Assembly (NCBI RefSeq): GCF_003704095.1
Contig: NW_020846595.1
Coordinates: forward strand, 124,001 to 188,000
Source: Pocillopora damicornis
Lineage: Eukaryota
Direction: 5' to 3'
Length of the DNA stretch: 64,000 nt
Shown here: positions 60,300 to 64,000 of the stretch, one piece after another
How the letters are laid out: each line of letters begins with the position of its first letter
Numbering within the stretch: the first letter of the stretch is position 1
The notes under the pieces: generated by a model
The model's database searches: none
The model's input: the letters and a program-made list of their open reading frames with translations, nothing else
Told to the model about the DNA's origin: nothing
Made by a program: the position numbers and the translations under genes

Positions 60300-63200
60300 A
60301 TGGACATAAGACGGTCTTTTCAAACATTTCTGGTCGTATTCTTCGTGGTTTTAACAATAGAAGGAAAGAAACATGACACTCTGGTAATTATTACGCTAAC
60401 AAAAACTTCATAAATCATCACAAACTCAGTGGAATCACTATGATCAAAGATCAGTTTATAATCTCATGATATGATGAGATTGTAAATCAATAAATATGAT
60501 AAAGGAGTTGCACCTACGGTGAGATGCGATGAAAATACGCAGCGTCGTTAAAAATCTATTACATATACTTCCTAAAAAATTAATCTCTGGTAATCTTTTT
60601 AATTAGTGGTGCTAAGGCAGCAGCTTTGCTGCGGTTAACAATCCGGCATTCAAAACACCTGATGTTCTTACAAGACTCGGCCATCTGCAAGACCCCTTAG
60701 CTTCTCCAACCCACCCTATTAACCTCTACTCTATTCATAAATCGTCTCTAAAGACTCACAAAGCTTTCATTGATTGTATTAGCAAATTTGCATTCGTTCG
60801 TTATTTGAAAATACTGCTAATAATATTTTGACTAATACCCTCAGGAGGCACGGGAAGAAAAGATCAGAACTGTCAGAGATGTTGAGGGTAAGAATTTATA
60901 AATAAATATTAAAGTATCCGACATTATTTACCGCCTGGGGAGGAGCTAAAAGAATCTCGTTGTGTTATTGAATTTACCTGATCCCCCTACGAGGCTTTTT
61001 AATATTCCTTCCCCTCCTCCTTCCCTCATCAGCAGTCAATTGGCAGTCAATTTTCAATAGTCCCTCCTTTATACTCTATCGGCGATAACTGATCCTCCCC
61101 CTTCATTTCCCTCTTAAAACACGCAAATCAGTCCGCCACACACACCCTTCAAGCGATAAATAACGACTGTTCCTTAGAAAGAAGACAGGCAATTGCGATG
61201 AAATGTTTCGTCATTTATTTCGCTTTTCAACATTTCGTTATTCGACCACTCCATTCTGTTGAACTCGCTGCGATTCTATTTTTTTCCAAAAGGTACACCT
61301 CTATGACGTTACCATACTTGATCCATTAGTTATGGTTCGCATCAGTATTACATATTTTGTGAAAAAAAAATGTTGTATTCAAAAAAAAAGAGGACTTTAC
61401 TTGGAAGAATTTGAAATTAATTAAATTTGAGGTTTGGGAAATTTCATAAGCTTGCGTAGTTGAAATTAGTTATTTTCCTATTTCTAGTTGAAATAGAGTA
61501 CGAACCAGTTGGATGTTTCAGAGACCAAAACAGCAAAAATCAACCTAGATTGTTAGATAAGTTGGTTAAAAACTTCAGAAAAAAAGGAAATTTGCCAGAC
61601 GGAAAAAATATCTGGGACTTTTGGGAAGATATGAGTGAAGTCATACAGCTTTGTGCCGAAAGTGCTTTTAAGGACGGATACACGGCCGTGTTTGGAATTC
61701 AGTACTTTGGAGAGTGCTGGTCTGGGAAAAACGCTGCGTTGAATTACGATAAATATGGAAAATCCGGCAACTGTATCAATGGCGTCGGAAAAGCAAGCAC
61801 CAATTATATTTATCGCATCAAAGGTGAGCTACATCAAATCACTCTTATGGGTTTTGATTTACTCATTCATTAATCCATCCATCCAACTGATTATGCTACT
61901 ACAGACATGAACTTGGTTTTAATAAAATAGTGTTTCTCAAAATTAATTTTTTTGCACTTGCATTGGCTCTTGCGTTTGCATTTCAAACCACACCATCTCG
62001 CGCGGCTGACTTTAGAAACAGGTACCATTTTCCACAGTTATATCTAACAACAGTTTTGGAAACTGTTGTCCACTTTGAGACACTAATGTCCGATTTTTGA
62101 TTTGGCCACCAAAGTCTGATTTTTTATTTTGGACACTAGATTCCGATTTTTTATTTTGGACAACCGTGACCGATTTTTCATTTTGGACTCAAGTGTCCGA
62201 ATTTTGTTTTGGACGCTAGTGACTCATTTTTGACTTAAGAAGCTTGAACACCAATGTCTGATTTTTGATTTTTGACAATAGTGTCCAATTCTTGAATTTG
62301 CGTTGAACAGGAAAGTAGTTATTACATTATCTATGTCTATGGAAGTCTTGTAGTCGAGACCGAAGCGTTATCTGCCATCTTTGAAAAGTACTTCAAATAC
62401 GATTGAATATCGTGCATTCCTGGTAAGTTGCGTTTGACATTTGAATACCTGTCTTACCCTAACAGTTGTCAACGTTTTTCCTCAGCGCATCCACTCCCAG
62501 TAAAATCTTCGCCGGCTTGTAATGTCGAAGGACAAACGTATGATGAGGGAGACAGCATGGAAGTGTACAATGGAGATCATAAAAACGGTCAATGTGATCA
62601 GTGTACCTGTGCGAACGGAAAAATAGACGACTGCCATTTCCTCTTCGACTGTGTCATGAACGATTCCAGTTGTAACGGCTATGTCAAGACATCAGCACAA
62701 TGCTGTCCTAAGTGCCAAAAAGGTATTACATAGAGGATATGGCAAGGTGACGAGAATATATAGATTTTATGTTCGAGTGCCAAGAACGATATCTTACGAG
62801 TCACGCAGCGAACGAGTGAGATACTGTTATTGTCACGAGAACATAAAATACATATATTCGAGGTGACGTGTAATTTTTATTTTTATTATATGGACAATAA
62901 ACATATATGATAGAGATTGAAAAGCAGGTTTAATTATGTTTATAAATGAACTTTGAATCGACCATACATCGTAGTATGAAGAGTTAGTATCAACAGGAGA
63001 TTCTAGGCTATCAACTGAGGACTAGGACGTTGAGAGATCACTCACAGACATGTGACTTGGTTGACAACTTAACCGTACAGTGAATAGCGACCGCAAATCA
63101 TGATCGTGAAATAAGCAAGAAAATATTCAAAAATTGGTTGATACACTGGTAAAATTTATCTTTTTATTTATTTCATTGCCTTGAATCATCCACAGATGTT

Positions 63201-64000
63201 CCCAGTAATGCACCTGTTTGTAAAGTCGACGACCAAACCTACAAACAAGGCGATAGCTTGGAACTTCTTAGAGACTTCCACGGCAAACAACTAGGCGAGT
63301 GTCATCAGTGTACTTGCATGGCAGGAAAATTGGAGAAGTGCCACAGAATCTACTACTGCGAGAAGAACAAAGCCGGGTGTAATAGCCATATAAAAATTCC
63401 AGGCCAATGTTGCCCGGCTTGTGCACGCGGTACGTAATTGTTTGATTGACTGGGTGTTTGGATGGAAGATAAAATAACCGACTCGCTAATCACGAGTGGA
63501 TGAGTGAATGACTGACTCACTGGTTAGCTAACTGGCTCGCAAACTCACCAACTGTTTGACTGACTCACTCATCAATTCACTTGCTCAGTGATTCAACTAA
63601 CTTGCTTAGTGACCCACTGCCTGACTGACGGACTGATTGACAAACTGACTGACTAGCAGGCTAGCAGGCTGGCTGGCTGGCTATCTAGCTGACTAACAAA
63701 CAGACAGACCCAAAGAAAAAAAAAAACAGACTGACCCAAGAACGACGCAAGGACTGACTGTCTGGAAATGACTGACTGAATTTCCCAATTGCATTCAGTG
63801 ATCATTCTCTAATTGCTCAACCAGTAAGAAATTATTAAAGTATTATATACAACCGCTTTTTTTTCAGTCGTACCCAAACCCTCCCCGCCTTACTGCAAGG
63901 TTGGAGCACGACATTACAAAGACGGAGAAAGTATGGAGGTGTTTTACATGTCCGCCGATAAGAAGACTGCGGCATGCGATCAGTGCTCTTGTCAGGGAGG
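60300..64000 (+). CDS. Gene H (3' incomplete): secreted prepro-protein with WSC-like domain and at least 3 VWC domains
   Basis: Exons 60300-60383 (MDIRRSFQTFLVVFFVVLTIEGKKHDTL), 60845-60887 (EAREEKIRTVRDVE), 61488-61823 (YEPVGCFRD...CAE...FGIQYFGECWSG...C.NGVG...NYIYR), 62486-62722 (VWC), 63196-63429 (VWC) and 63868 to window end (third VWC, truncated). Confidence 0.88.
62075..62295. repeat. Degenerate minisatellite (about 26-bp unit) in intron of gene H
   Basis: Recurrent tccgattttt(g/t)attttggacac-like unit. Confidence 0.75.
63445..63780. repeat. Degenerate tetranucleotide microsatellite (GACT/CACT/GGCT)
   Basis: Runs of tgactgac, ctcactca and ggctggct. Confidence 0.8.

Noticed and set aside
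29037-64000. Naming the VWC genes chordin, kielin/KCP, BMPER or VWC2
   Set aside because: No CHRD or VWD domains, the architecture differs, and there are several independent signal peptides and stops; orthology cannot be supported from the sequence alone.

Overview
AT-rich, intron-containing animal genomic DNA, most likely a stony coral (inferred from recalled anthozoan repeat families and a cnidarian-type WSC-like domain). The single-ORF track misses most genes because they are spliced, so I rebuilt the exon structures by hand from splice sites and codon phase. From left to right the window holds: (1) RSPH1, a two-exon MORN-repeat radial spoke gene on the minus strand, with an RFX X-box upstream. 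(2) Three tandem small single-pass membrane proteins (A, B, C; 7.7-22.9 kb) with S/T-rich ectodomains, a shared cytoplasmic E(V/I)GITHxA motif and class I PDZ-type C-termini; B and C each carry two separate phase-1 signal-peptide exons. (3) A tandem array of secreted prepro-proteins (D-H; 29-64 kb) built from phase-1 exons: signal peptide, propeptide usually ending in a basic convertase-type site, optional WSC-like domain, one to three or more 10-Cys VWC domains, and a conserved C-terminal FTI...PFPF tail. A 4.6/5.0 kb tandem duplication between D and E has joined E-type signal and propeptide exons to a D-type tail exon. The result is an apparently intact 78-aa chimeric gene predicted to release only the 28-aa tail peptide; this is the most striking observation. 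Non-autonomous elements are scattered throughout: TTAA MITEs, a tRNA-derived SINE, a Helitron-like insertion with a visible empty site, and Penelope-type hammerhead ribozyme motifs. There are three assembly gaps.
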